Part shown: positions 37,944-61,884 of the stretch, one piece after another
Layout of the letters: every line of letters begins with the position of its first letter
Position numbering within the stretch: the stretch's first letter is position 1
Source of the DNA: Microbotryum violaceum
Taxonomy: Eukaryota
Direction: 5' to 3'
Length of the DNA: 64,000 bases
Assembly: GCA_001244265.2 (NCBI GenBank)
Contig: CDLV01000004.1
Location: 558,001-622,000 of the forward strand
Made by a program: the position numbers and the translations under genes
Notes under the pieces: generated by a model
Told to the model about the DNA's origin: nothing
The model's input: the letters and a program-made list of their open reading frames with translations, nothing else
The model's database searches: none

Positions 37944-38210
37944 TTAGTCGGGCGCGAGTCGAGGTAGTCGGGCGCGAGTCGGGTGCGAGTCGGCGCTTAG
38001 TCGAGCGCGAGTCGGTGCTTAGTCGGGCGCGAGTCGAAAATGTTTGAAAGTCCGACTTGCGAGTCGGAAGGGAGTCGGGGACGAGTCGACCCCAGTCGAC
38101 CGCGAGTCGTGCCCGAGTCTGTTCAACTGGGTGACGGCGAGTCGGATTCGAGTCGACAGAGTCGGACGCAAGTCGGATGCAAGTCAGCTGCGAGTCGAGG
38201 CAGTCGTGTT
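37944..38210 (+). repeat. Array of about 20 AGTCG motifs, mostly about 10-11 bp apart
   Basis: Reads agtcgggcgcg-agtcgaggt-agtcgggcgcg-agtcgggtgcg-agtcg... directly. Confidence 0.85.
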
Positions 38211-38271
38211 AGAGTGGGGTGCAGGTCGAATTTCTGCGCTGGGCATTGTAATCTGAACCTTTGGACTGCCA

Positions 38272-38305
38272 AAGAAAAAGAAAAAGAAAAAGAAAAAAGA
38301 AAAAA
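38272..38305 (+). repeat. (GAAAAA)n microsatellite
   Basis: Reads aaagaaaaagaaaaagaaaaagaaaaaagaaaaaa. Confidence 0.8.
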
Positions 38306-38949
38306 GGTTAATGGCCCTGGTCCGCCCCCTTCCTTGGCGTTGGGCTTGGACCAGGCTTCCCTTCCACAGCGGCTTGTATACATGTAAGGATATATCCTTA
38401 CACATGAGTTAAGGTCAATACACAACCAAATCTGTTCATCTTGATATTGTAACATCAACATATAACTATTTCTGAATGGTGTCTGCAAGGACTACATGAA
38501 AGCATGTTTATTGCAAGACTTGTAGTGATTCAAAATTCCTGTGTCCTTACCGCACCTCCCGTATCCTTACCGCACCCTCGTATCCTTACATGTGTCGACA
38601 TGTGTAAGGATACGCCCGCGCGCGCACGTGACATGCGTAAGGATACGCTCGCGCGCAAAGAGCACTGGCTGCTGCTGGTGAATAATTGACTCTTTCCGCA
38701 CACCAGTGGTTGTCAAAGTATCGCCATGCCCATTTTTGCACTAAGTTTAGTTATACATACTATTGCTGACCCCTATCATAGCCCCTACTGTACACTACAT
38801 TAGTGATTGACAAGGCCAAAACTTCACTGGACCACTGGGGCACAACTTTGTGAGTCAAACTTGCCATCAACATGAATGTTCCTCACTGTGATTTCCTCCA
38901 GGAGCACTGCACCGCTGGAAAACATTGTAAGAGGAGAGCATCGTCAGCT

Positions 38950-40587
38950 CTATTGATCTGCTTTTTTGGCGTTCCCGACACTCACTATCTCGCATTCATG
39001 AAAAAAAGCCGACGCATCTTCCATCTTCCGGACACCTTGTCCTTCTTCAAGAGTCCCTTTGGGTGGTAGACTTGACACTTTAATGCCGATATCGGTAGGA
39101 TCGGAGGGCTCATGGTATAGACTCCACATTTCGTTCCACTGCCGCGTTAGCATTAGGTTGAAGGCTTGCAAGAAGTTCAATGACTTCTCTTCTAACTCGT
39201 AGAAAAGAACGGAAACTAATCCGCCAGCGTTCCTGTCCCCTATCGGCCTAGCGAGAGAGCCTTTCATTGCGTCGAAATGATAGCATGCGGCCTCTTGCCC
39301 GTATCCAACCGTCGCGTTCGTAACGAAATGTGAATTGTTGATGTTGTACACTCCTGACCGAAGGCGCCAGACCATCTCTGGCATTTGGTCCGAAACACCG
39401 AAGCGTAGCTCAGCTGGGGCCAGTGGATGTTCCGGGTAAATATTGTTGATGTTGATCACAATCACACGGGGACGCGAGGTGATTGAAACGAATTGCACGT
39501 AAGAGCCTCCGGGGCAATTGCGCTTGTGATGCCGACGGCCTGAGTTCTTTGCCTCTGTACAATTTCAACGGTTGCCCAGCGATTGAGGCGAGGACGTCCG
39601 ACAACGTTTCCAGCGAATGCGAAGGCAGGTGGAGACTTGAGATGAGAAGGGGCCAGTCAACCATAAATTGTTGTCTTGGGGACACCTCAATCTGAATGCA
39701 GTTGCAGGCAGTGCAATACCCGGCTCGTTGAAGATGTAATTCGACGAGAGTTCGGTCGGGATCATTCAACGTGACAGCGCTTGGCAGAACCGGATGATCG
39801 ACGGTGAACGAGTGAAGTGTCTCGAGCCAGGTCTGCCAAAAAAAGTGATGATTAGCGTCCAGTTTTAATCGTCTTGGGAGGGCGGGGTTCGCTAAGTGAT
39901 TGACTGACTACTGGGCTACTATAACTCCCCCGCTTAAATGGAGTTGTAAAATGGCTTCCGCGCTCTTTCGACATCCCAACCACAGTGGAAATCATCCGTT
40001 CTCGTGTTTTGTGTGTATGCTTCAATGGCGTTCGCCGCCGGTTTCATATCAAACTTTCGAGCCAATGCTGTGTATTCGCGAATCGCATCCCATAGCTCGA
40101 GTGCCAAATATCGAGGGCGGAGCCTCAACACCATCTCATCGCCAAGTGGAGGAATCACGTAGGCCGTATGGGTGTTAAGGATATCCAGACACTGCAGCCA
40201 TGGTTCCAATCTGTTGGCGACCGAGAGCAATGCGATAAGCGTTGAGTCAATCCAGCAAGAATTATCGCTCCACGGGCCTTGGATAATGACGACTGGCCCG
40301 TCTTCACCTGATCGAAGCCAGAAGTCTGCGTGGAGCTGCACAATCGTGCTACCGAGCGATGTCGACGTCGATGTCTTGGGCGGAGCGAATTTTACCCTTG
40401 GTGCAGCTCCAGAGTCCTCTGGGAGTTTGTCACTGGTGCGCTCGAGTGACGTCGACGTCGAAGCAGGTTTTGGCGTGGCGATTTCTACCTTTCTTGCAGA
40501 TTTCGATGGCGCCAACTCCGACTTGGATGCGGGGAAGGCCAATCGTTTTCGAGGTATCCGGTATTTTCGACCACTGGGGGCTTCCAA
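38950..40587 (-). pseudogene. USP-like (papain-fold) cysteine peptidase domain carried by the transposon
   Basis: Cys box WSDNSCWIDSTL, CTAC zinc-finger-like pair, PRVIVIN, His box WRLRSGVYNINNSHF, YHFDA and VLFYE occur in the order found in USP domains. Confidence 0.6.
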
Positions 40588-40740
40588 ATTTCGTGCATTG
40601 TGCTGCGCAAGAACTGTGAGACGGAGGATAAATCAGAGCAGGGATTCCGTCAGCCAGGCCTCAGCGCCTCTGCACTCAGTCAACAGTCTAGGGCGGAGGC
40701 GTACGTATTTGGGACAACTCCGTTTCTTCATTGAGCGCCC

Positions 40741-42420
40741 TCACAGCCATAGGGACAACGGGGACTCGTCGCGATGGGCCGCTGAAATCTGAGCGGGGAG
40801 GACTACCTTTCGATTTGGAATTGGACGTTTGATGGAGCTTGATGGAGCGATCCGTCGGGGAATGGCCTCGGATGAATTGCAATGAATTGAGGGCGTCAAT
40901 CCAACGTCGTCTGATGATTCGTTCGAACTATGCTCGTCAGACGGCGGGTCAGGAATCTTGCGCTTGTGGGGGTAATCAACACGTGTTGAGCCCTTTTTGG
41001 AGGCCATCGACTGCGCAGTGGGCCCACTGCCCTGCCTTGACCGGTTCTTTGGTTGCTGCCGGGAACGATTTGACGTGGAAGGAGGTAATTTGGTTGATTC
41101 GCTCAGTGGTGGTGTTGCAGGACCCTTTGACAGGTCTGAAGGTCCTTGTGGTGACTCAGAAAACCCGATGCCAGCTAGACGAGCAGGTGCAGCGAACGAG
41201 ATCGAAGGCTCAGGCATGTTGGCGTCACTGACGTAGGATGAAGGTACCCGATTGCGTGACTTGATCTCTTTGATATGAGCGCGGACGTTGCCTTGCTCGT
41301 GATAAGTGGAACTCCTGACATAGCCGTCTGTTTTCAAAGCAAAGGCGAGAATGGTTTTAGATGAGGATAATGGGTTGGTGGTAACGCTATGCCAGGGCCT
41401 TACCGGTCGCATGACTTTCAATTCGGTCTGTCGTTTTCGCGAAGTCGATAAGTCGCATCACCCCTTCCACCGGTCCAAAGCGTTCGCCACCCCATGAATG
41501 GATTAGGAGCCAGTGGGAAGATTCCACCGCATTTGTTGTGGTAGCCACGCATCTTTCTGCGGATCCATTGAGTTCCTTGAATACCACATTTCGAATCGCC
41601 GGTCGTGTCCATCATTTAATCCAATTCTCTGACACAGGAAACCCGTCGATTGTGCGCTTTGCCATGGACTCAATCGATGCATGGGACTTCACGTTGCGCA
41701 TGGTGTTGACCAGCATTGCAAATCGTTCGCGCTCCGTTTGCGTACTGAGATGTCGGACCCCGAACCTCCTGACCTGCTCAATGAAGTAAAAGGCGCACCC
41801 GCTTGCCGCCTTCTCGCCAATCTGAATAGCCTCTGCAGTCCACTGTGACACCTGATTGGATTGGGTGTGACGTTCAAGCGTCCCACATCTGCGGTCTTGC
41901 GTGCCATGTACCAATCCGAAATGGCTTGGCGAAGACCCGAAATCTGCGCGCTTGAATAATCGACAACAAATGTGACTCCGTTGACGATGTCCTCCACGCT
42001 ATAATTGGCATCGTCAAAAATCTGGAATAGGTGCGCAAAATGTCGGCGGTAGAAGCCCGATCGCTCGTGGTTGCCGACGGAGTACAGGATCGGAAACCAG
42101 CGACGAGCGCTTGGCGAATAGCAGACCGTGGCGAGCAACACCCAATTGTCGCGAAAGTAGGTGTTGTGAGCGTCGGTAGGCCATCCCAAATTGCCTTCGA
42201 CTAGCCGGTCGTCAATCGTTTCCGAGAGCCTCGCTTTCATTTGAGGAGTCTGGATGCCAAATGACGTCTCAGAGTCGGTTAGCGAATTGGAGGTGATCTT
42301 CGACTTCGACCGCGACCCATCGTTCCTGGGTTGCTTCCGAGGGTCAGGATCGTGTATTTGCTCGGCAAGTGGCTGCCCTTGGCGCTGTCCGGTATTTCAA
42401 TGTACGCGAAGCAACCGGCA
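40741..42420 (-). pseudogene. Mutator-type DDE transposase core and downstream low-complexity linker
   Basis: PTDAH..WFPILYS, VVDYSSAQISG, GCAFYF (CxxH with H>Y) and TTNAVESSH motifs, spread over several frames. Confidence 0.7.
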
Positions 42421-42423
42421 TTG

Positions 42424-47089
<4,666 letters not shown>

Positions 47090-47094
47090 CATTG

Positions 47095-47912
47095 GCAACA
47101 GCTTCAATAGCTGACATCAACGTGTCGGGCAGGGCTCCATTCCGCTTACTGTGGCCCACTCTTGGTGCGTACCTCGAGATTGATCGAGTGCTGTCGAATA
47201 CAGGGCAAATCTCAGAGGCGGACGGCCGATGACGAGGGTCCTGCGAAAATGCGGTCATTTATCCCATGTGCGGCTCGGCGGCCGATGCTTGTGGAGCGGC
47301 TTTACGCAATTGTCGCAGCTCTTCCAGATGTTGCGGGGACGGACGCGACACCGGAGGCGGAGGATGCAAATGGTACCCTGAACGCCAGATATATATATTT
47401 CCCCGGGAATTCCTCACGCTGCCCTCGGGCAATCGTAGCGGAGCACAGGATGTGCCTCATCGGTCCGTTACAGCTTGTGATTGGACACGGCGGTAACTCG
47501 TCTGAAGGCCTCTCAACGTTTGGAGCGAGGTGCTTGCGGGTGGCAGCCTTCTTGGGGCGTCCTGTGACGAGCTGTGGAGTCTCCTCCTGAAACAACTTTG
47601 ACCTACTCGCTGTCGACAGCGATGTGTGAGGTCGACGCTTGCCAGGGCATGATTGATCCTAACCGACGAACACGCCCATGCAACGTCTTTTGCTGTACTT
47701 GCTGTACTCGACGTTTGCATCCAAACGTGGGCCTTTCCATCGCCCTTTTGAATCGGTTCGAGATGATGACGCCGAGAAAGCCCACATGTGTGACGAGCCA
47801 CGGCTCGAGCCTGGATCCATACGAACAATGAGGACGTCGCCCAAGTCCCGTTGGGCCGCCAAGGATCAAGAACAATCTCTTGTGGGTATGCTTCGAGCAT
47901 CAAGTCCGTCAT
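47095..47912 (-). pseudogene. N-terminal GCM-like zinc DNA-binding region of the transposase
   Basis: Across frames: HMWAFS..KRRCMGVFV..SCPGKRRP...CPITSCNGPMRHILC...GYHLHPPPP. This parallels the GCM domain pattern WAM..KKSCLGVVVC..C..RP..CPNCDGP..IPC..GEHDHPKP. Confidence 0.6.
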
Positions 47913-48989
47913 CGTTGTCCTTTCTTCACTATATGTTGGTAAATTCGCATGATCTTCACTGTTGACGAGCTTGTCATCCGTTGAATATGGTTCGGTGTTC
48001 GGACGTAGATTGCCGGAGATCCTGTCGGTAAGGATACGGGAGGTGCGGTAAGGACACAGAAATTTTGAATCACTACAAGTCTTGCAATACGCATGCTATC
48101 ATGTAGTCCTTGCAGACACCATTCAGAAATAGTTATATGTTGATGTTACAATATCAAGATAAACAGATTTGGTTGTGTATTGACCTTAACTCATGTGTAA
48201 GGATATATCCTTACATGTGTCGTGGCCGAAAATGCACAGGGGGCGAACCGCTTGGGAGAACCTTCTTGACCTGCCCGATTACAGTCGATTTTATGCGGAT
48301 GTCCGAGAGGGGCTTTTTACCGGTCGCAAGTGCGCCTCAGGATCTCCGACGCCACTCCCCGTGACTGTCCATGGGCACCCCGGGCGATTTGCACACACCA
48401 TCCTCCGTGAAGGTGATCTGTGTGCGCTTGTCTGCACCGTCGAGGCTCGCGCTTGGAGGGACAGGTCCTCCGGCAAATGCAGTGGCACGGGCGCCTAAAC
48501 TTCGTGCCCCTCAGGATTCGCGTGCACCGCCAGAACGACGTGAGTACTTCTTGAATACATATTTTGTGCATATTGCATGTGCCTGATGTGCGGCAGATGA
48601 CATGCCAAACCACGCCCCCGCCGACCGTCCAACTCAGTCCAAGCGGTTCATCGCCTCCCCTGTCAAGCGCTCGGCAATGGACGCCGAGCTGAATATTGAA
48701 TTATCGAGCACCGAAGGTCATGGTAGTGAGTTCAAGCCCGCAAATCGCAACACCTTTTGTACCGACTCACTACTGCCGGTTTCGGTTTCTTGCGCTTTAC
48801 AGTCACTGACAACTATCGCAGAAAACATGCGAGCGCGGAAGATAGACTTCTGATAAAAGAGAGGCAGCGACGCCGAGAAGTCAGGACCAGTCCACGAGCG
48901 GCACAAAGGCGGACGACGAACAAGATCGTCGTGATCGACGAGACAAGAGCAAGCGTCTTGTTGTAGTCGATCCCCAGTCGTGGAGCAAA

Positions 48990-49360
48990 GCCTTGGACGA
49001 CTAGCTAAGCCTTGTAGCTGATGATGTTGGGCTCGACGTCTTCCTTTCGAGTAAACACCCAACGATAGCCCAGGACACGAGCCCCAGTAGGTGGACTCGA
49101 AAGCTTGAACACCTTCTGCAAGCCCATGGAGTTAAGTTCCTTAACCGTCGCAGCGTACCAGGACTCGGCCTCGGGCGAAGCCAGCGCATCCTTGAAGGTC
49201 TTGGGAAGCGGTGGATGACGAGTGGAAACCAAAGCGATGAGCTCTGGTTGTGGACACAATACTGAGGGCGGCGACGCGACGCTGAGCACGCGTGCGAACC
49301 GGTAGAGTGTTGCCCTCGTTAATGTTCTCGAGCAGGCCCGGGGTGCGACCGACACGATAA
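48990..49360 (-). pseudogene. Copia RT N-terminal relic
   Basis: PKTFKDALASPEAESW..KEL...GARVLGYRWVFTRK..YKA*LV. No LTRs recognised. Confidence 0.75.
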
Positions 49361-49476
49361 GGCCGGTACTCGTGATACAAAAAAACGAAGAAAAAAAAAC
49401 CCCTATACGCGACGATCGTCATCTCACCGAGATACCTACGCAAACGAAGCTCCATCTTGCCTGCCACGGCCCGTCC

Positions 49477-52400
49477 TCACAACTCCGCCGCGACGCGCAG
49501 TTTGTTCTTCTCGGTCTCGTCAAGAACACCGTCCAGCAGTTGGGCGCGTTGCCCGGCGCGTGCGACTTGGGTTTGCAACTCCTGAATCGTCCTTGTGAGC
49601 TCAGCGACGCGCTCCTTCGCGCCTTGTCGTTCTCGCTTGACCTTCTCCTCCGCGGCCCTAAGCCGAGCCTCCATCTCCCGCAACCTCGCCTCCCACTTGC
49701 CCTCGGCAACGGCGACTTTCTCCCGCGCATCTCCAAGCTTGTCCTCCGCGTTGCGCAGCTGGGTTTGCGTAGCTGCCAATCGCCTTTCCGCGGTCGTAGC
49801 ACGCCTTGTGAGGGTACTCAATTCATGAGACATGTCCGGACTGCTGGGCGAGCTGGAGGCCGACGATCGAAGCGCCGACAATTGCGTCTGAAGATTCTGT
49901 ACCTCGGTACGGGCCGCGTCTACTTCGGCTTGTTTGGTATGCACGCGGTGCCGCCATTTTCTCTGCGTCTCAGTAGCAGTCTTGATCGCGGCCTCGAACC
50001 GATCCAATTGCTTCAGCCTTGAATCGTGTTGTCGCTTCAGGGCGGCGAATTGGTCAGAGAACTTGGTCTCGATCTCCCGTGTCCGTCGATCGAACGATAC
50101 TTGTAGTTGATTTACGCTTTTGAGTCGGCTGATCAAACTGTCGTGGAAAATGACAAAGTTGGTGAAGGGCTTGGGCTCAGCCTGGGCAGATTTGCGCTGG
50201 GCGAGTGTGAACTGTGGGTCCGTTCAGCTCTGTCTTGAGCACAATCGCAGCTGGGGTCGCTTTTTGGAAACTCACCTGGCTACCTCCGACAATCTTGTCC
50301 ATGTACTGATGTACGGTCAGTAGCAGAGTGTTGCGTTCGGTCAATTGATCGCGGTACTGGTTCTCAGTGCGGCTGAGCTGGCGATGGTCGGTGCTGAGTT
50401 GATCCTCAATAACACGTAGTCGATCGCGGGCAGCCGAGAGCTCGAGCTGTGTGTCGCGCAACGTCTTGGCCGCAGCGTCGTGCTTGTCGGTCAAGGCAAG
50501 ACGTGCTTGCCTCTGTTCTGCCAGGTCCTTTGTCAGGTCCTTATTCTCCGACTGCAATGTAGCCAGAGTCATGTCCTTGGCGCGTATAGAGGCTGTCCTA
50601 TCCTCGAGGTCTTCCTTGGCGAGCTGCAGTTCTTGCTCGCAACGAGCAAGATCGCGCTTGAGGCGGTCGCATTCGATATCGAGAGCAAAGCGATCATTGA
50701 CGTGTGATTCACCCAGTCGGCGGGTCGAACTTTCGAGACCGTTCAGAGCGTCTTGCAGTTTCTGGATATCGACTTCTCTCGCGTCAAGGACGGTCTTGTA
50801 GTGCTGCAGGTCGTCACGGGCTTGCCCCAGCTTCTGCAGAGTAAGACAAGTCGGCTCCTCAATCAGTATGTGAAGCTGGAGCCTTAAGGTCTTCCGAACA
50901 AAAACTCATTGGCTTACTCTATGTTGCTCATCGAACCGAGATTGCCACACGACTTCTAGTTCGCGTCTCCGTCGTGCCGAATCCTTCTGGTCCGCCTCGT
51001 GCTCCTCTTCTTCCTTCCGCAGCGCACGCATGATCGCGACCGCTTCATCTTCGAGCTTGCGAATGTTCTCCTTTGCAGCTCGCAGTTGCGCCTCCAAAGC
51101 AGCGAGCTGGGCAGCGAGAGTTTCAGACTTCTCGCGCAAAACTCTGTTCTCGAGGTCCTTCGAGTCGTGCTGCATCGTCAGTTCACTGACGCGAGCTCTG
51201 TGAGTGGCGAGTTGCTCCTGCATCGCGGCGAGCATTTGGTCGTGGGTTATCTGCTTTTCATGGGCATCGCGTTCGACCGTATTAAGAGCGTCGGTGAGCT
51301 CTTCGACCTTGATGCCCTTCTCGTCGAGTTCAGCTTCCAGCTCCCGAATCTGACCAGCGAGCTGTGTTGTCATGAAAGGAAGACATTAGTGCCAAGGCGC
51401 ACAGCCGCTTTCCGACAGCCAGTACTCACTTTCTCGAGGTCACTGGTGAGTGCCTGCCGTTCGTGGGCATTCTCTTCACGTTCAACTTCGAGTTCCTCAA
51501 TATCCTGGACCAATTGCTTGCACTTCTCGGATAGATCCTGGACATCCGCTTCCCGCTCCTCCAGCATCTTGAAACGCGGAGGAAGGCTCATTAGCACCGA
51601 CCGTCGCCCCTCTCACCACAGAAGGGTAGACTCACATCCAGAGCCTCGATCTTGCGCGTTTCCGCTTCGTCGACAGCCTCTCGCCACTCCTCGTCGATCT
51701 GCTTAATTTGCAGATCCTGGTCCTGGCTTCGGTTGTCATGCTCTTCGAGCAGTGCTTCAATTTCGCGTTCCTTCTGGGCCAGTTCGATCTGCAATTGCTC
51801 GACCTCGAGTGCATGCCCAGCGGCGCGATCACGGTGCTCGTCGTTCTCCTGTTCGAGCTGTGCGATCGTTTTGCCCACGTCGGCACTGGACATACTGCGT
51901 TCACTCCGAGCACGTATACGCTCTTGCTGTTGGAGCTCCAATTCGAGGTCGTGGATGTCGTGCTTGGCATCCTCGAGTTGGTCCTGAAGGGTGGTGAGCT
52001 CGTCGGCCCGTGCAGCCAGCATCTTCCGTTGTGCAGCTGATTCGGCCCGTAGCGTTGCGAGCTCCTGAAGTAATGTATTCGGATCTCAACGCAAGAGCTC
52101 ATGTCAACATCGTTATGTATGATTTTGCTCACCTGAAGGAGATCTTGAGAACGGCCACCCCCCCTGCCGACGCTACTGCCATCATCGCCTCGCGCGGAAC
52201 TTTGGTCCTCGCGCCCTTCATCTCGAAGCCTGATGTTCTGCTCGACCATCTCGTCGAGTTGCCGCTCCAGCTCGCGTATCCTGTAGTGCAGATCATCCTT
52301 TTCGCCAAGGTCTTCCTCCCTTGCTTCTCGCTCGAGGTCAAGCTCATTCCGCAGGCCACCAATCTCAGTCTGTGATTGGGAAGAGTAGTCAGCCCACTGT

Positions 52401-53612
52401 GATGGATTTGTGCGAAGGGAGGGAACTCACGCGCGCATCTTCTCTACCGGGATCGGCCGACCGGTTCCGAATGTCCCTCATTTCACGCGTCTGCTTCTCC
52501 AATCGAGCTTCTAGAATTTCGTTGTTTCGACGTTCCCGCTTACTCGCATCCTTCCACCTTGCCAACTCCTTCTCCAGTCTCCGCTCGTGCTCGCTGGCCC
52601 CGCTTCCACTCTGGGTCGCCGAATCGCGCTCGATCTTGAGCGTCTCGATGGCGCGATTCCCTTCGATCAAAAGTTTCTTGTACCGTTTGAGCTCGGTGCG
52701 TAGTGTCTGGAACTCGACCTTGAGATGCACGTTCTCCCTCAGGGCTTGGTCGATCTGCTCGGGGGCGAGTCGCTCGAGCCGTTGCTCGTAGAAATGGATC
52801 TTGAGCTTGAGATCAAAGTTCTCCTTCTTGAACTCGTCAATGACCTGGCCGCAAGTGACACCAGTTCATGAATACATTCATATTACTTTAGTCTCAACAT
52901 GCTCAGCTTGGACCTGATCCCTCACCTTCTCCTGCTCACGAAGCGTCATGTTCTGGCCCAATCCCCCGTTCGTCGCTTTGGCCTTGCCCGCCTTCTTGCC
53001 TTTGTTTCCGGTCCATCTTGCGGATTCATCATCGAGGTCCATCTCGTTCAACAGACCCGTCCTGTCTCCGACAACTTTGGACTCGTCGTTGCCTTCGCCC
53101 TTCGAATCGTCCAATGCGTGCAAGGCGCCGGTCGAGACGTATCGGGAGGCGTGTTTCGGCGAAGGCTCGGTCGTCGCTATCGTAGAAGCCGATAGATTCC
53201 TCGATGAGGAAGCGGCTATCGTCGAGGCCCTGGACGTAGAAGACGTGGGTTGGCATCGACCGCTGTGGGAAGAGAGAATGGTGGCGGTCGCCTTGGTCGT
53301 CGTCTTGACCTTGCGACTCGCCAGACGTTCGGATTCAACGGGATCGGGTCTCATTTCCTGCTCATCTATCAAACTGCTCTCGTCTTGGTGTCTTTCTGGG
53401 GAAACCTCGTGGTTGTCGTTGGGTTGAGCCGTGGCAGCGGGGGCGCCCGAGCCGATCAGTGGTGGCTCATCGTAGTCCTCCGAGTGGAACGACGGCGTAA
53501 CCGAGCCAAAGGTGATCCCGCCATGGGTGATGCCTTCGTATCGAGACGGTCCACCAGCATCGGAAGAGTCAAAGGACTGCATCCCGGCCATCAACGCCGC
53601 GGTCGAAGCCAT
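49477..53612 (-). CDS. apsB: ApsB/Mto1-like microtubule-organising coiled-coil protein (multi-exon)
   Basis: Centrosomin motif 1 MTLREQEK|VIDEFKKENFDLKLKIHFYEQRL. Long coiled coils. C-terminal KWEARLREMEARLRAAEEKVKRERQGAKERVAEL (Mto1/ApsB-type). GT-AG introns. Confidence 0.82.
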
Positions 53613-55387
53613 GGTGACGACGGCGCTCTACGCAGAGGCGCAGGAGGGGACGACTGTATTCGGGGAGCGTGGGCGGGTGTTGACAAGGGTCAGGAATCGA
53701 GTGGCATCAGGTACATATGGGAGATATGGATGCAGAGAGGATGTCAAATGTACTCACAGTAGCAGGGCGTTGGATTTTCGTCGACGAAAATTCCGTCAAG
53801 TAGGCGTTGTGTCTGTTCGTGCCAGGTTGAGGAGTGGGGAGGAGACCCGGACGCGAGCGCCCCCGCGCGTGTTGAGCGATTCTCCAATTTGAGCAATTCA
53901 AAGCGTGACCGCCGGCGTGTGCCCCTAGTATAAAATCAGCACTGCAGTCTCCGGCCGCCAAACGGAGTCAAAGCCAAAATTTGTAACATCACGTTGGTAT
54001 TACAATATTTATGTCATTCGTCTGGAACGGAATCTACGTGTCCATAAATCTGCGGCCCCGCCGCCCCGCTCACTCTGCGCCGTCGGACTGGAGCCAGGTA
54101 TGTATGAATGAAATCACGTGCGCTTCAACCACGCAAGTGGCCGCAGGCGCGGTCATTTCACCGTAGGGAATAACCGGACCAATTCATCTCGAAGTTTGAT
54201 GGAGAAACCGAAGAGCTTGGGTCACTCCGTGGCGTATGTTTATTCCTGACTCGAGTGACCAAGTGTAATTTGCCAGCTCAGTCCACCTAGCTACTACTCG
54301 CAGGGCGGTCCGTTGGCAGCAACTGAGCACAACGCGCGGTGTGGGCTTCGAAAGATGCTTCCATTGGGAAAGAGAATGAAGTTCATGGCCAGCTTACTGC
54401 AGAACATGTGTCGGGCGAGAGCAATTCGCCATTTCGACCGGCTCTAACCCCTGACTGACACCCACCGATGGGAACAGTCCGAAGGTGCTTTCAATTCCCT
54501 GGGCCCCAAACGATCTCAGGGTTTCGTACCCGTAAGTGGTCACGCACCTTGACTTCCCATAATTCAGATGGGCGGGCATCACTATAAGCCTACCCGGGTT
54601 GATTGCATTCGTGGGTCATGTCGTGTTTCGGTGGGACGTCGCGCAAAATGTTTCGCGATGGGCCGCGGCGGTGCCAGACGCAAGAAGCAACCTCGAACAA
54701 AGGATTGGACGATAGGAAAGGACCTTTTTTTTTTTTTTGTAGAAAACGTTCATCATATTGCCCCCAGTTCCTGTTCCCCCTGTTTTGGCCTACGGAAAAA
54801 CTAGATGGAAGACTACGATGATAACACAAACCGCCCGCAAAAGTGCGAGAAACGAGCCAAGTCCACCAATCCGAGATTCGGATTCAAATGCCCTAGCCAA
54901 GCGGTTGCTCCCCCCCAGGAGACTAATGAGAGAGAAAGAGAGATGAAGAGAAAAAAAGAAAGAAAATAAATGTACTAACGACAGAAGGCCCACCCCACAG
55001 CCACTTCCCACTCGGTCGAGACGAAGACAAGAGCACGACTGCGCAACCACCACGACCCTCGACGCTCCAAGTCTCTGCTCAGTCACAACAAGACGCGGTG
55101 AAGGTCCCTCAACCCCCCCCCCCCCCCCCCATCGGCAGTCCCTGGACCCTCAAAGCCGACTTTCTGCCTGTGTCCGCTGATCCCTCCCTTGACTCAGAAC
55201 CCCGAAGCCGAAGAGCGCGAGCCACACCGAGTCGACGCCAAATCGCGAGATGGTCCATGATCCGCAACGGTGAACCTGTAACAAATGAAAGATGAAAGCG
55301 ATCTATTTAGTGTACAGTAGGAGAAAATGATGTCACGAGAATTTGGTGTGTGTGTGTGGTGGTGGGGGGGAAAGTCGAACCCAGCCT

Positions 55388-61654
<6,267 letters not shown>

Positions 61655-61811
61655 GCTAATGTAGGCTGATGTATCACTTGTAGCTTTAAAGGTGGCGGGT
61701 GGCGCGATATCGAAAGTGAAAGTGAAAGTGAAAGTGAAAGTGGATTTTTCTACAGCGACCTGTGGCCAGGACCCTGTTGAAGGTGTTAGTAGACCTTGCA
61801 CTGATATCAGG

Positions 61812-61884
61812 GGCCGGATAGCTTAGTTGGTCAAAGCTTTTCCAATGAATGGAAGCGACCCAGGTTCGACTCCTGGTCCAGCCG
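61812..61884 (+). tRNA. tRNA-like gene or pseudogene (identity unclear)
   Basis: Acceptor stem GGCCGGA/TCCAGCC (one mismatch). D arm GCTT-AGTTGGTCA-AAGC. T arm CCAGG-TTCGACT-CCTGG. A and B boxes intact, and a T-run follows. The anticodon loop AATGAAT is non-canonical. Confidence 0.65.

Noticed and set aside
37944-38210. CRISPR-like array
   Set aside because: The repeat unit is only 5-6 bp with tiny spacers, the context is eukaryotic, and there are no cas genes.
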